From a virus: a stretch of 64,000 nucleotides of DNA. Shown piece by piece: positions 17,895 through 29,182 of the stretch. Position 1 is the stretch's first letter. Each line of letters begins with the position of its first letter. The notes below the pieces were generated by a model. The model was not told the origin of the DNA and did not search any database. It saw only the letters and a list, made by a program, of their open reading frames with translations. The stretch is taken from the IMG/VR virus record IMGVR_UViG_3300025592_000986; one strand, given 5' to 3'. The translations under genes were made by a program, and so were the position numbers.

Positions 17895-19189
17895 TAGAAA
17901 TCCATCTTCAGTTTAAACGTCAGGTCCCTAGTTTCTGTTTTTCTGACTGGGGAGGCCAGCTTTGCGATTGCTATCAAATTCATATTGTCATCGTAAATTC
18001 CGATCTTCGATATATATGTTTGCTTGTCAAAAGATCCCGAATCTCCATATTTGTTGTGTTCTAGACTCTTTATCTTTAAGTTCGAGTTTTCATAAAAATG
18101 ATAAGAAGATGTGCTAGGTGTTGAGGGCTCGTTCTGATCTTTCTGGATGAAAGTTGGATTCGTTGAGTTGTTAAGTTCACCTCTCTTCGCGTGGGCAAAC
18201 ATTGTAACAGTTGGAATTTGATTCGTACCTTCGAAATGCACGGCGAAGGCAGAACCTGTCAAGACTGCTGCAGCCTTTCCGTCGTTGGCTCCAGCGCCAA
18301 AGTTATACCACTTTGGACTTGAGTAATCATTGCCAACATACTTGTCTTGAAAATTAGGATTTATGTCCCAGCTTCCAGTCAGCGCGATAAAACCTTCGTT
18401 GTAGAGCACCAGGCCTGCCACCTTGTTGCTGTTTGTGGTCGAACCAATCGTCCCAGAGACTTGAACCAATTCTCCGTTCTGGTTTACATCCTGCAGTTCT
18501 GCTGCGAGTGTGCCAGTTATGTAAAATTTTAAACTAACAGACCCCTTTCTTATGGAAGATCCGTAAAATATTGACGGTATCTCTATCAAGCTCATTTCCT
18601 GGTTCGATTTGTCCCAGGAGACCTTGGCATTTAAGTGATCGTCTATCGATGATGTGTTAAAAGCGTGGTGAATACTTTGTGGTACATAATTGTTGAATGT
18701 GTTCTTGAGCGCGATGATCCTTTGTTTGTTCAATGACGCTTTGACAAAACTTCCATTTTCCTCTTCGACTGTGGATGTACTTGTTGTCGTCGGCGCGAAT
18801 CGAGTCCTGAAGATACTAGAGCTGAGCGGGTAGTGAGACTTGATAAAATCTCCATAAGCAAACTGCGACGTAGAGTCGAACACCGATGTGCTTATTGACC
18901 TAAACGCAGTTCTGGCCCCTTCTTTTGTTACAAAGGGGTAAATAGAGGTTCCATCTGGAGGGGCTTGGGTTCCGACACTTATGTTAGAGGCAACGTTAAG
19001 TTCATACAAGCTGATGAAGCCTTGTGGCACATTGTTCTCGTTAACTGTGGTAGTGTGGTTTTTTACGCCAGCATTCTTACCGCCGTCGATATAGACTTTC
19101 GCATCATATATTAGAAAGTCTTTTTTCGGGTAAGTCTTTACTCTGTTGTAAAATAAGTCTTCTTGATTGAACTTGTATACAGTCGACAT
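17894..19189 (-). CDS. Virion structural (tail/baseplate) protein
   Basis: C-terminal ISKIGIYDDNMNLIAIAKLASPVRK..LTFKLKMDF; paralog of 19194..20477. Confidence 0.65.
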   Translation of the reverse strand: MSTVYKFNQEDLFYNRVKTYPKKDFLIYDAKVYIDGGKNAGVKNHTTTVNENNVPQGFISLYELNVASNISVGTQAPPDGTSIYPFVTKEGARTAFRSISTSVFDSTSQFAYGDFIKSHYPLSSSIFRTRFAPTTTSTSTVEEENGSFVKASLNKQRIIALKNTFNNYVPQSIHHAFNTSSIDDHLNAKVSWDKSNQEMSLIEIPSIFYGSSIRKGSVSLKFYITGTLAAELQDVNQNGELVQVSGTIGSTTNSNKVAGLVLYNEGFIALTGSWDINPNFQDKYVGNDYSSPKWYNFGAGANDGKAAAVLTGSAFAVHFEGTNQIPTVTMFAHAKRGELNNSTNPTFIQKDQNEPSTPSTSSYHFYENSNLKIKSLEHNKYGDSGSFDKQTYISKIGIYDDNMNLIAIAKLASPVRKTETRDLTFKLKMDF

Positions 19190-19193
19190 AGCA

Positions 19194-20477
19194 TTAGTAA
19201 TCCAACCTTACTCTTAAAGTGAGTTCGTTCGTGGGATCCTTTCTGAGTGGCTCAGAAAGCTTCGCTGTGGCCATCAACTCATTGTCTGATGAGTAAAGCC
19301 CCACAGATGTTACGTAACTTATCGGCATATCGGAAGATACGTTCTTTACACGAATTTTGCTCTCCTGGAGATACGTTGGATTAGAACTGTAATTGAATTC
19401 ATTGTGGTGCGCTCTGCAAAAATACACTGAAGAATTAAGTTCTGTGGTATTGTTGAAAGACACTGACTTTATTCTGTGTCGCAACGAATCACAGGCAGTT
19501 TGGATTGTAGACCCTGTAAATAAGGAGTACACATCCGACTGCGCTGTAGCTGTGATATCCAAGCCAGCTGCGTCTGTGATCTGCTTGTGCATCATACAAC
19601 TGGCAGAGTTCAAAAGACCTCCGGTTAAATGATGTACAATTCCTGTCGAAGCAGTGACTTGACGAACACCGGCGTCGCCGCCGCCGTCGTGTGTTGCTTT
19701 TGCAAACATTCTTGCATCGAGAACTACGATACCAGCTTGATAGAAAATCAATCCGATATTTGAAGGCTTGGTTGGGTGAGCAGAGCCTGTAGTTAGGCCG
19801 TGGGCAATTGCGCCAGCGATGTTGCCCGCGCCAGTAGAAGCTGAAAGTATACCGAATTCTCCTGCGGGAGAGTTTACCCTATAGTCGTTTGCCGCGTTTG
19901 TATCCTTAATGGTTATAATTCTTGAGGCATACTTCCTTAGATCACCTGATTGTTCGACCGGACCAATGTAATGAGGTGAGACGCCAACATCCATAGAGAA
20001 GGAGCCTTTCTTTATCTCATCCTTGGTTAAAAGTCTTGAAAAATTCAAAAAGAAACATTCGTGAATCTTACCCTCGGATGGGTTTTGACCAGCAGTGTTT
20101 CCATCTTGGTCAAAGGCTCTGATGTTTCCATCTTTATCATGCCCCATAAGAACTTGCGCCATCTGGTTGTAAATTTGAATCTTCTTTTCCTGCTGTGTTC
20201 TCGCTACCTCATAGACGTTTCCAGAAAGTGCGCTGCCAGTGGAGTACCCAGAAGTGATATCAAATATGTGGTTGGCAGAAGAACTTAAAAAAGGATAGTC
20301 AAACACCGATTGAAACATTCCGTGAGAATAATTTTTTATGTTTATTTCTGTTCCGTCTGGCGAACCTCCGTTGTAAGTACCTGATACAAGCGCTCCCGTG
20401 ATCGGAATTGCTTCGTGAAGTAGCGTCTTTGTCGTTACAAGGTCGCTGTTAAGAAAAGTTTTAAACGTAGTTGCCAT
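19194..20477 (-). CDS. Virion structural (tail/baseplate) protein
   Basis: C-terminal EFNYSSNPTY...YVTSVGLYSSDNELMATAKLSEPLRKD..LRVRLDY. Confidence 0.65.
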   Translation of the reverse strand: MATTFKTFLNSDLVTTKTLLHEAIPITGALVSGTYNGGSPDGTEINIKNYSHGMFQSVFDYPFLSSSANHIFDITSGYSTGSALSGNVYEVARTQQEKKIQIYNQMAQVLMGHDKDGNIRAFDQDGNTAGQNPSEGKIHECFFLNFSRLLTKDEIKKGSFSMDVGVSPHYIGPVEQSGDLRKYASRIITIKDTNAANDYRVNSPAGEFGILSASTGAGNIAGAIAHGLTTGSAHPTKPSNIGLIFYQAGIVVLDARMFAKATHDGGGDAGVRQVTASTGIVHHLTGGLLNSASCMMHKQITDAAGLDITATAQSDVYSLFTGSTIQTACDSLRHRIKSVSFNNTTELNSSVYFCRAHHNEFNYSSNPTYLQESKIRVKNVSSDMPISYVTSVGLYSSDNELMATAKLSEPLRKDPTNELTLRVRLDY

Positions 20478-20492
20478 ATCGAAATCCTTATA

Positions 20493-21515
20493 TTATGTAG
20501 TCTTCTTCAAGAACCTTATTGGAATGTCTACAGAGACGCCGACAGTTGCGGCGGTCAATCTAACAAACGTGTCAATGTAGTAAAGCGCAACGCCAGACCT
20601 GAATAGCTGGTCACCTGCGGTGGCGGCGGTGCCGCCTAGCAAAGTAGTGGTGGTCGTCAGAGTAGATCCAAGCCTCTCAAACAAATATGTTGAATTTGCA
20701 AGAGTTGGATTAGGTGCAATCTTAAACGATACCACCTTGTCTCTAGGTCCTCTAATTCTTTGCCGTGTTGTACCTTGATTGTTATCGTTTGTGGAAGTGA
20801 GCGTGTCTAGGGGCCCGCCAATGATATTGCTTCCGGCTGCAGCGCCCACAAAGTAAGATGCAATCTGATCGTCGTCAATAAAAGAGACCGATACTGGTTG
20901 TCCAGTTACATCAACGAGGGTGCCCAACCTAGAATCAAGCTCTATTATGAATTGTGTCTCTTGCAAGTCAGATGGGTAAAGCTGGGTCGGTGACAATTGA
21001 GTCGTGTCTAACCCAAGCTCGACTGCAATGGTTGCCGAATCAGATGCGGCGACTGTCTGAACCGTTGAACCTTTAATCAGACCTAACCCATTAATATTCA
21101 CGTCCGCAAGACTGTCAGATGTATCTTCAGTGTTTTCGTCGACAGTGATAAGGTAGGAAGAGAGGTCTCCGCTTAGCTTTGTGTTTAGGCTGCCCGCTGC
21201 TGTGCCGTTTAGACCGCCGTTGTGAAGCTTTAATACCGGCAAGTGCAATATATTTGTTCTGGAGATCGTCATCAATTTTGACTTCATTCCAGATGTGTTG
21301 TTAGTGAAGGCTTCTAAGATCGGAGTCTTCAGGACCTCAAGGTCATAAAAAGCCGATCCACTGGGGTGTGCCTTGTTATATAAAGAATAATCTATCTCGT
21401 CATCGCCGAGGGCGAACTTCGTTATTCTAAAGTCGCCGCGAGCCATTCTGTATCTACCGGTGTCGGTCAGAACCGCATCTAAAAGTATATCACCAGAATT
21501 ATCAAGAAACGCCAT
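20493..21515 (-). CDS. Virion structural protein
   Basis: N-terminal DAVLTDTGRYRMARGDFRITKFALGDDEIDY, resembling tail-collar/fibre-attachment N-termini; GAGGAG SD. Confidence 0.65.
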   Translation of the reverse strand: MAFLDNSGDILLDAVLTDTGRYRMARGDFRITKFALGDDEIDYSLYNKAHPSGSAFYDLEVLKTPILEAFTNNTSGMKSKLMTISRTNILHLPVLKLHNGGLNGTAAGSLNTKLSGDLSSYLITVDENTEDTSDSLADVNINGLGLIKGSTVQTVAASDSATIAVELGLDTTQLSPTQLYPSDLQETQFIIELDSRLGTLVDVTGQPVSVSFIDDDQIASYFVGAAAGSNIIGGPLDTLTSTNDNNQGTTRQRIRGPRDKVVSFKIAPNPTLANSTYLFERLGSTLTTTTTLLGGTAATAGDQLFRSGVALYYIDTFVRLTAATVGVSVDIPIRFLKKTT

Positions 21516-21553
21516 ATTTTTTACTCCTCACAAAAATGCACCTAAAACACAAA

Positions 21554-21563
21554 CTAATTAGTT
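21554..21563 (-). promoter_or_regulatory. Late-promoter-like variant AACTAATTAG (within palindrome aaactaattagttt)
   Basis: Intergenic, about 40 nt upstream of ATG 21515. Confidence 0.35.
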
Positions 21564-21591
21564 TTTTAAAAAATAAAACATACAAATTTTA

Positions 21592-24500
21592 TCAAGCATC
21601 AAAGTCGAAACCGCTGTTCGTGTTAACTCCGCGTGTCGAAGCCGCCGCTCCATTGGCAAAATCATCGTAATCTATCTTGCCGTCAGCGTCAACAATACCA
21701 TCTTTTCTCGTAAATTTTAGTTTTAATTCAACCATCTTACCAGTTGTTTTAGATTTTACCTTTATTACAAATTTCTTTCCCCAAAGCGGGTTTGTTGAAA
21801 CACCTAATCGACGACCGGCCGTTCGCCACCTAGAGTATGACAGATCTCCCGCATTAGAGAAATCTAACTCTGTCTGCAACAAAGCAGGTCTAAGGTGTAA
21901 GTATCTCTGAAAAGATTTAATAAATATCTTTTCTTCCTTTTCTTTAATCTTGTGTACATCAGATAACAAGTACATAACCTCACCATCCGAAACAAGTTCG
22001 ACTTGATACACGTTGCTAGGCATAGATACGTGTCCGTGAATGTCTTTGGATCTAAACGTGTACCAATACTTCTTGTTTGGAGAAATCGTGTCTATAAACG
22101 CCCCGGATGGGGCACCGTTATCTATGGTTTGGATTTCCTTGTCTTTGAAATCGCTCAAGCTTGTTGGCTCAGTATCTAGCCTATACACTTCGAATTCCAA
22201 AGTTAAGTCATCATTCTTAAAATGTATCAAAGAGGCTTCCATCGGAGAATCATCATCAGACGGGCCGAGCACTATAGCCGGCTGTAGGCCTTGATTTGCC
22301 GCGAGGAGTGCATAATCGAGGGCGTCCGAATCTTTTAGGATGACTGGTTTGGCAAACATTTCGCCAGTCATACTGTTGACGTTAAGCAGAACCTTGTTTT
22401 TGACCCCCTTGTACGGAATCACATCTACGTCTGGTGGTATCGGTGGCTTGTCAAGGATAGCGACTGTTAGGGTCTTGTCGAAAATTTCACTTATAGTGAC
22501 TTCAGGTTTATTGACTACGCCGAAATACAATTTTGGGCTAAGATGAATCGGACCCTCTGGGCCACCCATACCTTCGCTGTGCCAGTTGTCCCACCTTCTA
22601 ATAATGTCCAACAGGGCAAATTCCTCAGTGGGGGGGTTCGCGACTGAAACTTTAACCCTCCCATCACGATTAAACGACCTGACTGCTCTACGAGTCATTC
22701 CATCGATATAAGCGTACTTGTTGCCTACAGTCATAAGAACAGTGCTTATATCTAGTTGATAAATTTTTCCATATTCTACTTGACTGTCAAAGTACTTTAT
22801 CAGATCATCTTCATTCGTTGAAGAGAAGTATTCTGTTTGCACTAACTCTCGATTGCCTTCTGCGGCAGATGCACCAGCGATGATTCTATATTTGTCAACC
22901 TTGTACCCTAAGACCTCAGAATGTGCCAGTTTGCCTCTCATTATGTCAGCATAACTTCTAGAGTGCTTTTCGATAAAATCTTCCAGCTTTGCCTTGGTTA
23001 AAAGAAAGCCAAAAGATGAGTTTATCCTTTCCAGATAGCTTGAAAAGTTGTTTGGATTTTGAAGCGAATCTTTGACATCTTTCAGCCAAGTGTCCAGTTT
23101 TACCGTCTTGACCTGTTTCGGCGTCACCGGACTCTGGTCTTGAACTTCCGTAGATCTGATAAGCTCCTCTTCGGAAGTTATGTTCCCCTCTTCATCTCTC
23201 TGCTCTGACCTTAATGTGAACTGATCTCTTGTATTTAAAATAATAGCAGACTTGTTTCTAACCGGATTTGATTCTTGTCCAAATTCTCCCAAGGTCTTTA
23301 ACAGTGGGGTAGAAAAATCTATCTTGCCATACGCATTAAAAAGGTCAACCAACAAACTCTTACTCTTCTGTTTGAGTTCAAAATCAATCACCATCGGTGA
23401 TGTGTTCTTTAACAGGTACCTTTGCTTAAAGTCTTGAGATGTTAGCCTCGAAGAACCAAAGACTTGAACTGGTGGAAGTGGTTCTGGGGGGATGTTGTAA
23501 TCTTTAATTGATCTGTCAGATAAATTTGCATAATTTGCATACCTAGACCATATAATTGAGCTTGGCCCAATGCCATTTTCTACTGTCCTTCTGAATGAAA
23601 GTTGCCCACCATTAGCTTCATAGTCTTCAAAATTAAAAGAGTATGGATCTGGTAAGGATCTAATATCTTCTACTGTTTCTATGTTTGCCAATATGTTGTT
23701 TTCATAAAATTCATCGTAATAGTTGTAGTGGCCTTTAGCATCACAATAAGCAGAAATAGCTTGGTCGTTTGTTTCAAGCTCAACTCTCGATGCAAAAGTT
23801 TGCATCTTTGTCGCAAGGTCTACAAAAATAGCGTCCTTGCCAACCCTAGGAGGCCTGGTATAATACGAGGTATGCGGACTAAATTGCAGTTGGCCCGGTG
23901 ACATCTGAGGTGATGCGGTCCAGGCGTTGACGCCCTGCTTCGTAATTTCCTCTGTGTAGCCTTGTGCAAGAAATTGCGCTGCTGGTGGTGGCAATTCTAA
24001 ATCAGGAATATGCAAATGCGTTGCGGCGCTTTCCACTTCAACTTCATCTGGAAGATACCTGTTGCCCCAAAACGGGATTACAGGGAATAGGTTTTCAGAA
24101 TAGCTTTCATTAAAATCGACCATGGACTCTCCGGCCCTTTTGCGTGACATAAGATCTGCGGCCATAGACGATTTATCGTTTATGGCTCCGAAACCAGCAC
24201 CTGACTGTCGGTACAAGTCTCTCTGTCCCGTTATAGATACCATAGACTCATTCATTCGTAACAGCTTGTCATTCGGATGATAAAGAGAATTGTCTACTAA
24301 CGGCTCTGTCAAAAAATTTCTAAAGTGCTTCATATCACTATATCTTTGACTGACAAGTGGGTAGAAGCCATAAAAATAGTTTCTCCAACTCCAACCTGAC
24401 TTCATGTAGGTTTGATATTCCGGGTGCGAGATAGAATATAAATTTCCAGCGGCGTCGAGTGATGCAGGTAATAACTCGACTGATGCAGGTCTCTCTACGT

Positions 24501-25341
24501 TTTCGCACTCAATAGCATACTTTTCAAACTTGGGTTCAAATTTTATTATACTGTCCTCTGCATCTTTAAAGTCTTCATTGTCCAGAAGCTCAGTCAATTC
24601 CTCAATGTCGCTCAAGCTTTTAAATTTGTTTTCACTTTCTTGTGGGGTTGCTGGTCTTATTTCTGCTGATCCTAACGATTGGTTCGGTAAAATGCTAGTA
24701 CCCCTATTAAGGAAAGTTACACCATTCCTTGATGGGATCGAAGTCAACACAGCAGATAATCCGTTTTCTGTCTCATCCAGATATGAAAAATGCTTACCAG
24801 TAACATATCTAAAAGAATCGAATTTGTGTAGATCAAAACCCGGTGAGTACAAGGGTAGCTTGGTGGACGGGTTAAGCCACGACTTTTGATAGGTATATGG
24901 CCTTGGACCTAAAGTTTGACTGCCGGGTCGTACGAGCCCGAAAGCCAAAGCCTGTCTTGCCAGAAGGCTTTGACTTTGTTTTAAAAAATACTCTCCCATA
25001 ATTGGAGCGTTGTATGCGTATGGCGCAAACTCTTGCGCCAGAAACCGAACTCTTGTGTTGAGATGTGAACCACCATTGGGAAATATGAATCTACTTTTTG
25101 TAAAGTTCTCTTCGCTTTCAACTCTTGGTCGAGGGGGACCTGGTTCAAATTCTGGCGGCGTTAGATCTATGGGATTTGGTGTCAGACCTAAGCCTGGCGG
25201 CTCAACAGTGATGATCGCTTCAGGGTTTTCTGCTGCAGTTTCTCTAACACCTTCAATAAATCCTTGGCGTGGATTGTTTGAGCTTGGTGTTGTCCCCCCT
25301 CCGGGGGTTTGGACTTCGCAAGGATCTTGAATATCTGACAT
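21592..25341 (-). CDS. Large hypothetical virion protein (1249 aa) with FN3-like C-terminal segment
   Basis: PPIPPDV...FEVYR...KYWYTFRSKDIHGHVSMPS resembles an FN3 fold; located in the tail module. Confidence 0.6.
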   Translation of the reverse strand: MSDIQDPCEVQTPGGGTTPSSNNPRQGFIEGVRETAAENPEAIITVEPPGLGLTPNPIDLTPPEFEPGPPRPRVESEENFTKSRFIFPNGGSHLNTRVRFLAQEFAPYAYNAPIMGEYFLKQSQSLLARQALAFGLVRPGSQTLGPRPYTYQKSWLNPSTKLPLYSPGFDLHKFDSFRYVTGKHFSYLDETENGLSAVLTSIPSRNGVTFLNRGTSILPNQSLGSAEIRPATPQESENKFKSLSDIEELTELLDNEDFKDAEDSIIKFEPKFEKYAIECENVERPASVELLPASLDAAGNLYSISHPEYQTYMKSGWSWRNYFYGFYPLVSQRYSDMKHFRNFLTEPLVDNSLYHPNDKLLRMNESMVSITGQRDLYRQSGAGFGAINDKSSMAADLMSRKRAGESMVDFNESYSENLFPVIPFWGNRYLPDEVEVESAATHLHIPDLELPPPAAQFLAQGYTEEITKQGVNAWTASPQMSPGQLQFSPHTSYYTRPPRVGKDAIFVDLATKMQTFASRVELETNDQAISAYCDAKGHYNYYDEFYENNILANIETVEDIRSLPDPYSFNFEDYEANGGQLSFRRTVENGIGPSSIIWSRYANYANLSDRSIKDYNIPPEPLPPVQVFGSSRLTSQDFKQRYLLKNTSPMVIDFELKQKSKSLLVDLFNAYGKIDFSTPLLKTLGEFGQESNPVRNKSAIILNTRDQFTLRSEQRDEEGNITSEEELIRSTEVQDQSPVTPKQVKTVKLDTWLKDVKDSLQNPNNFSSYLERINSSFGFLLTKAKLEDFIEKHSRSYADIMRGKLAHSEVLGYKVDKYRIIAGASAAEGNRELVQTEYFSSTNEDDLIKYFDSQVEYGKIYQLDISTVLMTVGNKYAYIDGMTRRAVRSFNRDGRVKVSVANPPTEEFALLDIIRRWDNWHSEGMGGPEGPIHLSPKLYFGVVNKPEVTISEIFDKTLTVAILDKPPIPPDVDVIPYKGVKNKVLLNVNSMTGEMFAKPVILKDSDALDYALLAANQGLQPAIVLGPSDDDSPMEASLIHFKNDDLTLEFEVYRLDTEPTSLSDFKDKEIQTIDNGAPSGAFIDTISPNKKYWYTFRSKDIHGHVSMPSNVYQVELVSDGEVMYLLSDVHKIKEKEEKIFIKSFQRYLHLRPALLQTELDFSNAGDLSYSRWRTAGRRLGVSTNPLWGKKFVIKVKSKTTGKMVELKLKFTRKDGIVDADGKIDYDDFANGAAASTRGVNTNSGFDFDA

Positions 25342-25360
25342 AATATAAATACTCTCTTAA

Positions 25361-28300
25361 TTAATAAAATCTATTCGCGGTTACACCAGAAAAACTTCCT
25401 ACCCTGCTGGCTCTGAATCTGGTAGCTGCTGTGGTTTGTGTAGATTGAACTGTTGCACTCGTTGCAGTGGTCGAATTGGCGGTAGTGGTAGCCAGGGCCG
25501 CTGATGGTGCGGCTTCGACTGTCGCCTTTGACTTTACAACGAAGGTAGAATCAATTAAACTTACATTCTTGTCCTGTGTTATTCCCAAAGCTGGGCTTTC
25601 AAACGGCAGCGTCTTGTATGTCCCCGGTTTTAATCCGGCTCTCATTTCTCCGACCGTGACTGGTTTCAGAATAGGTTTGTCAAGTTTGGGTGTCCCAAAA
25701 GCATCTTTCTCGAAGCCAACCTGCTTCTGTACAGACATCATATTTCCATACAAACTCCTCGACAAAAGACCTTCTTTTGTGACTCCTAAAACTTGTGGCT
25801 TCTTTATCGCACCAGCTATCTGCCAAGGCAATTTTTCTACTTCCGGCAGGGGACCGTTGATGATTGATGTCTTGTCGAACATCCTTAAAATAGAACTTTC
25901 TCTGGTCAGCGCAGGGAACGTAGTGGATTCAGAAGTTTCTCTACTGACATCTCTAATCTGAGGCTGGGCTTGCCCAATCATATTCATAATAGAGTTTGTT
26001 CTATTTCGAAGTAATTCCATAGCCCGTTCGGACCTTTGTGTCGATTCCTGCATTCTTTGGGAAGATATCAGTGCGTCGATACTAGACCGTGATAAAGATT
26101 CGCACTCACTTAGTGCAGCCGGTGAAATATCACGCGGGTCATCTCCGTCCTGGGATATTATATTGAAGCTCCTTGTCACAACTCCGCTTTGGGCAGGCTG
26201 TTCTGCTTGGATCTGTTGTAGTGCGCCTTGGGTTCGCTCTCTTGTGTAGGAATGCATCTCTCCATACCCTGCTCTACTAAAAGAGTTGTTTGAAATTACC
26301 GCGTCTAAAAGAAACATCTGCTCTGTTGCCAAGCTGTTTCCACCTGTTGGGGCACTTGTCGTCGAACCAAAAGAGTACATCATAGATCCAAAAAACTCGA
26401 ATGGTGCAAAATAAGCGATAGACTCGTTTAAGGTTTCCAAGTCTTCTTCTGAAACATTTGAACTTTCAAATCTTCGAATCTCGTTTTCTTGAAGTTCCGC
26501 CAACGTTTCCGACTCGTATGATTCTAGAAAAGGGTTGACCCTACCTGGTAAAATGGCCGCTCTCGCTTTAGTTGGAACTCTGAGGTCTACAACCCCCTCT
26601 GTGTCCATTTGTGTTAAAAACTGCCCCATTCTTGGATCCGATATAAACTGTCCGCCTGTAACTTCTTTAAAGAATTTTTTAGCCTTTATAAGCGATGGGG
26701 TCCTACCAGAAACATGAGACTTGTCAAAAGTCTGTCCGGCAGCGTCGACGTTGCTTGCTAGGTCTAACATTTCAGTTAGACTCTTGATAAGTAAATCGTA
26801 GTGACTTTCGAACAAATAAAAGTTTTCCAGATTTTCTGGACTAAACGCACCGTTTTCAGAGTTAAAAATTCCCTGCACTAGTCTGTCCAACAGCAACCCT
26901 GGTAGGCTTTCTCTGTCTCCAGTGCCTACGAATTCAAACATAAATTGCAAAACGCCTCTTTCAAAAACCGAGCCAGAAAACTCATCACCAGCGTAGGCGT
27001 TAGCGTATCTCGTAATAGTTTCTTCGTCTTGACTCATCGTATATGAAGTGAACAGCATCATTGCGTCAGCATAGGCACTGATCATAAACAGCCTAGTTAC
27101 AGTATTATTTCTAAGGTACTCCAAAAATTGATCGTTAAACCTGCCAGGCCTATCGTAATTTGAAGTGTTTTTTGTTTCGGAAGAAAGTTCTTTCAAGAAC
27201 GTCTGATTCTTTTTAAGATTGTCTATCACTTCAAAAATATATTTTACTAGTCCGTCTTCGTAAGTCAACTCCACACCGTATTGATATACACCTGTGAGAT
27301 TCTTGTTTTGCTCAAACGTGTAATCTTCCATCACTAAGTTCCTAACCCAAGGGAAAAGTACCTCTGACGGGTCGTCAGGGTTCGTACCGTACGTTTGAGA
27401 AGACTGTATCGCACCTTGTAACGGCAAACCTCTCGTAATCCAGTTATGATCTCTAAGTGTTGCCTTTACAGGTTCAGATACAGGCAAAGCATCTACGGCG
27501 GACTGGGCGGAACTTAGTTCTAATTCCGCAAGAGAATTGTCCGAGGCAGCCTGCTGCGCTGCTGACTCCGCGTCCCTAAATAGGCTCTTTGCTTTTCTTA
27601 ACCCAATTGCACTTCCTACCTTTCTTACATTGTCTAGATCAACTCTTGCCCTTTTGTAGTCGGCTGTTGCTATAGTTAAATCTTTTTTGCTCTCGCCGAA
27701 AACCTTGTTGGCCACATAAAGTCTATTTTCAACTTCGCGGCGATGGCTGTCTAGCTCTGTACTTAACCTTGTTGAGTCTAAAAGCGAGCTTGGATCGTAG
27801 TAGTCGGTGGAAGATAACCTCTGTTGTCTTTCGGCGTCCAGTCTGGGAGTCGTTCTAATTTGATCTATCACGGTGGAGTTTGTCTCCCCTGCGCTGACAA
27901 TAACTTCTTCTATTTCGTTCGAATCAAAAACTTTCCTGTCAGGAAACCCGTTCTTGTCATGACCGATGTATTCGTTCGTCAACCTTCTTCTGATTATCTT
28001 AGCATCTACTAGACGAAACATGTCTCTCCACCAAAGAGAATATAGTTTCTGTCTTGGTAGCAACGCATCAAACAGAAACCCAAAAGCTGATCTCTCTCTC
28101 ATAATCTCAACCTGATCTATCTTGATTTGCCCTGAAACAACATTATCAGAGAAAAGTTGCGTTTCGATTGACGTGTTATTAAGCTCGTAACTATCACTAG
28201 TCCTGTTTCTTAGCTTTATCTTTTCTTTCATTGCTTTTACCGATTCGTTGGCAATTGCGCTGAAGTTGTTCAACAGGCTGTTGAGGTTGTTGAAGTCGTA

Positions 28301-29182
28301 TGGATTTGGCTGATTTCTAGAAAAAGTTCTAAAATCTTGCACCTTATCATTTCTTACTGCAACCTTTTTCAGGTTTCTATGCGGAGTCTGCTGGTGGAAA
28401 GATCCCTCCATATATGTTTCGGTTGGCGGGTGATAGTGGTACGGCCCAGTATATTGACCACCGTTCTCTCGAACTAAGACAAACGAAGTTGGATTTAGTC
28501 TTCCGTCCGAAATAATCAAATCCTCAATGCCAGGGCCCCTGATCGATGAAACTAAATACGCTCCCGTTTCTGTTATAGAATCGGATGCAACAGGATTTCC
28601 AATAAGACCTAGCTCTGGAAATATGTCAAACAACCTATTCTTATCGATGTAGCAAAAAGATTGTATGTGAAGATAGTTCAAGTCTTTCGGTAAGCCCTCG
28701 ATAGTAAACCTGATCGGGTATCTTGCGCCGAGGTCGTTGTCTGAATCTAACACTGCGTCGGAACTTGCTTCTGGTGTTTGTAGGATCGTTATATCATTTG
28801 ATATAAAATTTAACCTCGAAGATCTCTTAGCGGGGGCGGTAGTGAAGTATACCGAATTGGATTCTATCAAATCGCCGAATGCTGGTCCTGAAATTTGTAT
28901 TCCGCTTCTTATGATTTGATCTGCCGCTAGTTTTGCCTCCAGCGATGTTGACACTATTATCGCTACCTTGATGGTGTCCGCGATACCAAATGAATCGCCA
29001 GGCTCTACTATTTCCCCAGTTGTTGATACGACCCTACCGGTTACAGCGGGGTCGATATCGTCAAACGTCTTGTCCTCCGAGTAAAGGTTGACGCTTAAAT
29101 TTATATCTCCAGAGGGCGAGGTGGTAAGCGTGACCCTGTTCGTATTTATGGTTGGAAGTAGCGCACCTAAAATATCATACAT
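25361..29182 (-). CDS. Large hypothetical virion protein (1273 aa)
   Basis: Long ORF in tail module; His motif YTGPYHYH..YMEGSFH; Ala/Thr-rich C-terminus. Confidence 0.6.
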   Translation of the reverse strand: MYDILGALLPTINTNRVTLTTSPSGDINLSVNLYSEDKTFDDIDPAVTGRVVSTTGEIVEPGDSFGIADTIKVAIIVSTSLEAKLAADQIIRSGIQISGPAFGDLIESNSVYFTTAPAKRSSRLNFISNDITILQTPEASSDAVLDSDNDLGARYPIRFTIEGLPKDLNYLHIQSFCYIDKNRLFDIFPELGLIGNPVASDSITETGAYLVSSIRGPGIEDLIISDGRLNPTSFVLVRENGGQYTGPYHYHPPTETYMEGSFHQQTPHRNLKKVAVRNDKVQDFRTFSRNQPNPYDFNNLNSLLNNFSAIANESVKAMKEKIKLRNRTSDSYELNNTSIETQLFSDNVVSGQIKIDQVEIMRERSAFGFLFDALLPRQKLYSLWWRDMFRLVDAKIIRRRLTNEYIGHDKNGFPDRKVFDSNEIEEVIVSAGETNSTVIDQIRTTPRLDAERQQRLSSTDYYDPSSLLDSTRLSTELDSHRREVENRLYVANKVFGESKKDLTIATADYKRARVDLDNVRKVGSAIGLRKAKSLFRDAESAAQQAASDNSLAELELSSAQSAVDALPVSEPVKATLRDHNWITRGLPLQGAIQSSQTYGTNPDDPSEVLFPWVRNLVMEDYTFEQNKNLTGVYQYGVELTYEDGLVKYIFEVIDNLKKNQTFLKELSSETKNTSNYDRPGRFNDQFLEYLRNNTVTRLFMISAYADAMMLFTSYTMSQDEETITRYANAYAGDEFSGSVFERGVLQFMFEFVGTGDRESLPGLLLDRLVQGIFNSENGAFSPENLENFYLFESHYDLLIKSLTEMLDLASNVDAAGQTFDKSHVSGRTPSLIKAKKFFKEVTGGQFISDPRMGQFLTQMDTEGVVDLRVPTKARAAILPGRVNPFLESYESETLAELQENEIRRFESSNVSEEDLETLNESIAYFAPFEFFGSMMYSFGSTTSAPTGGNSLATEQMFLLDAVISNNSFSRAGYGEMHSYTRERTQGALQQIQAEQPAQSGVVTRSFNIISQDGDDPRDISPAALSECESLSRSSIDALISSQRMQESTQRSERAMELLRNRTNSIMNMIGQAQPQIRDVSRETSESTTFPALTRESSILRMFDKTSIINGPLPEVEKLPWQIAGAIKKPQVLGVTKEGLLSRSLYGNMMSVQKQVGFEKDAFGTPKLDKPILKPVTVGEMRAGLKPGTYKTLPFESPALGITQDKNVSLIDSTFVVKSKATVEAAPSAALATTTANSTTATSATVQSTQTTAATRFRASRVGSFSGVTANRFY

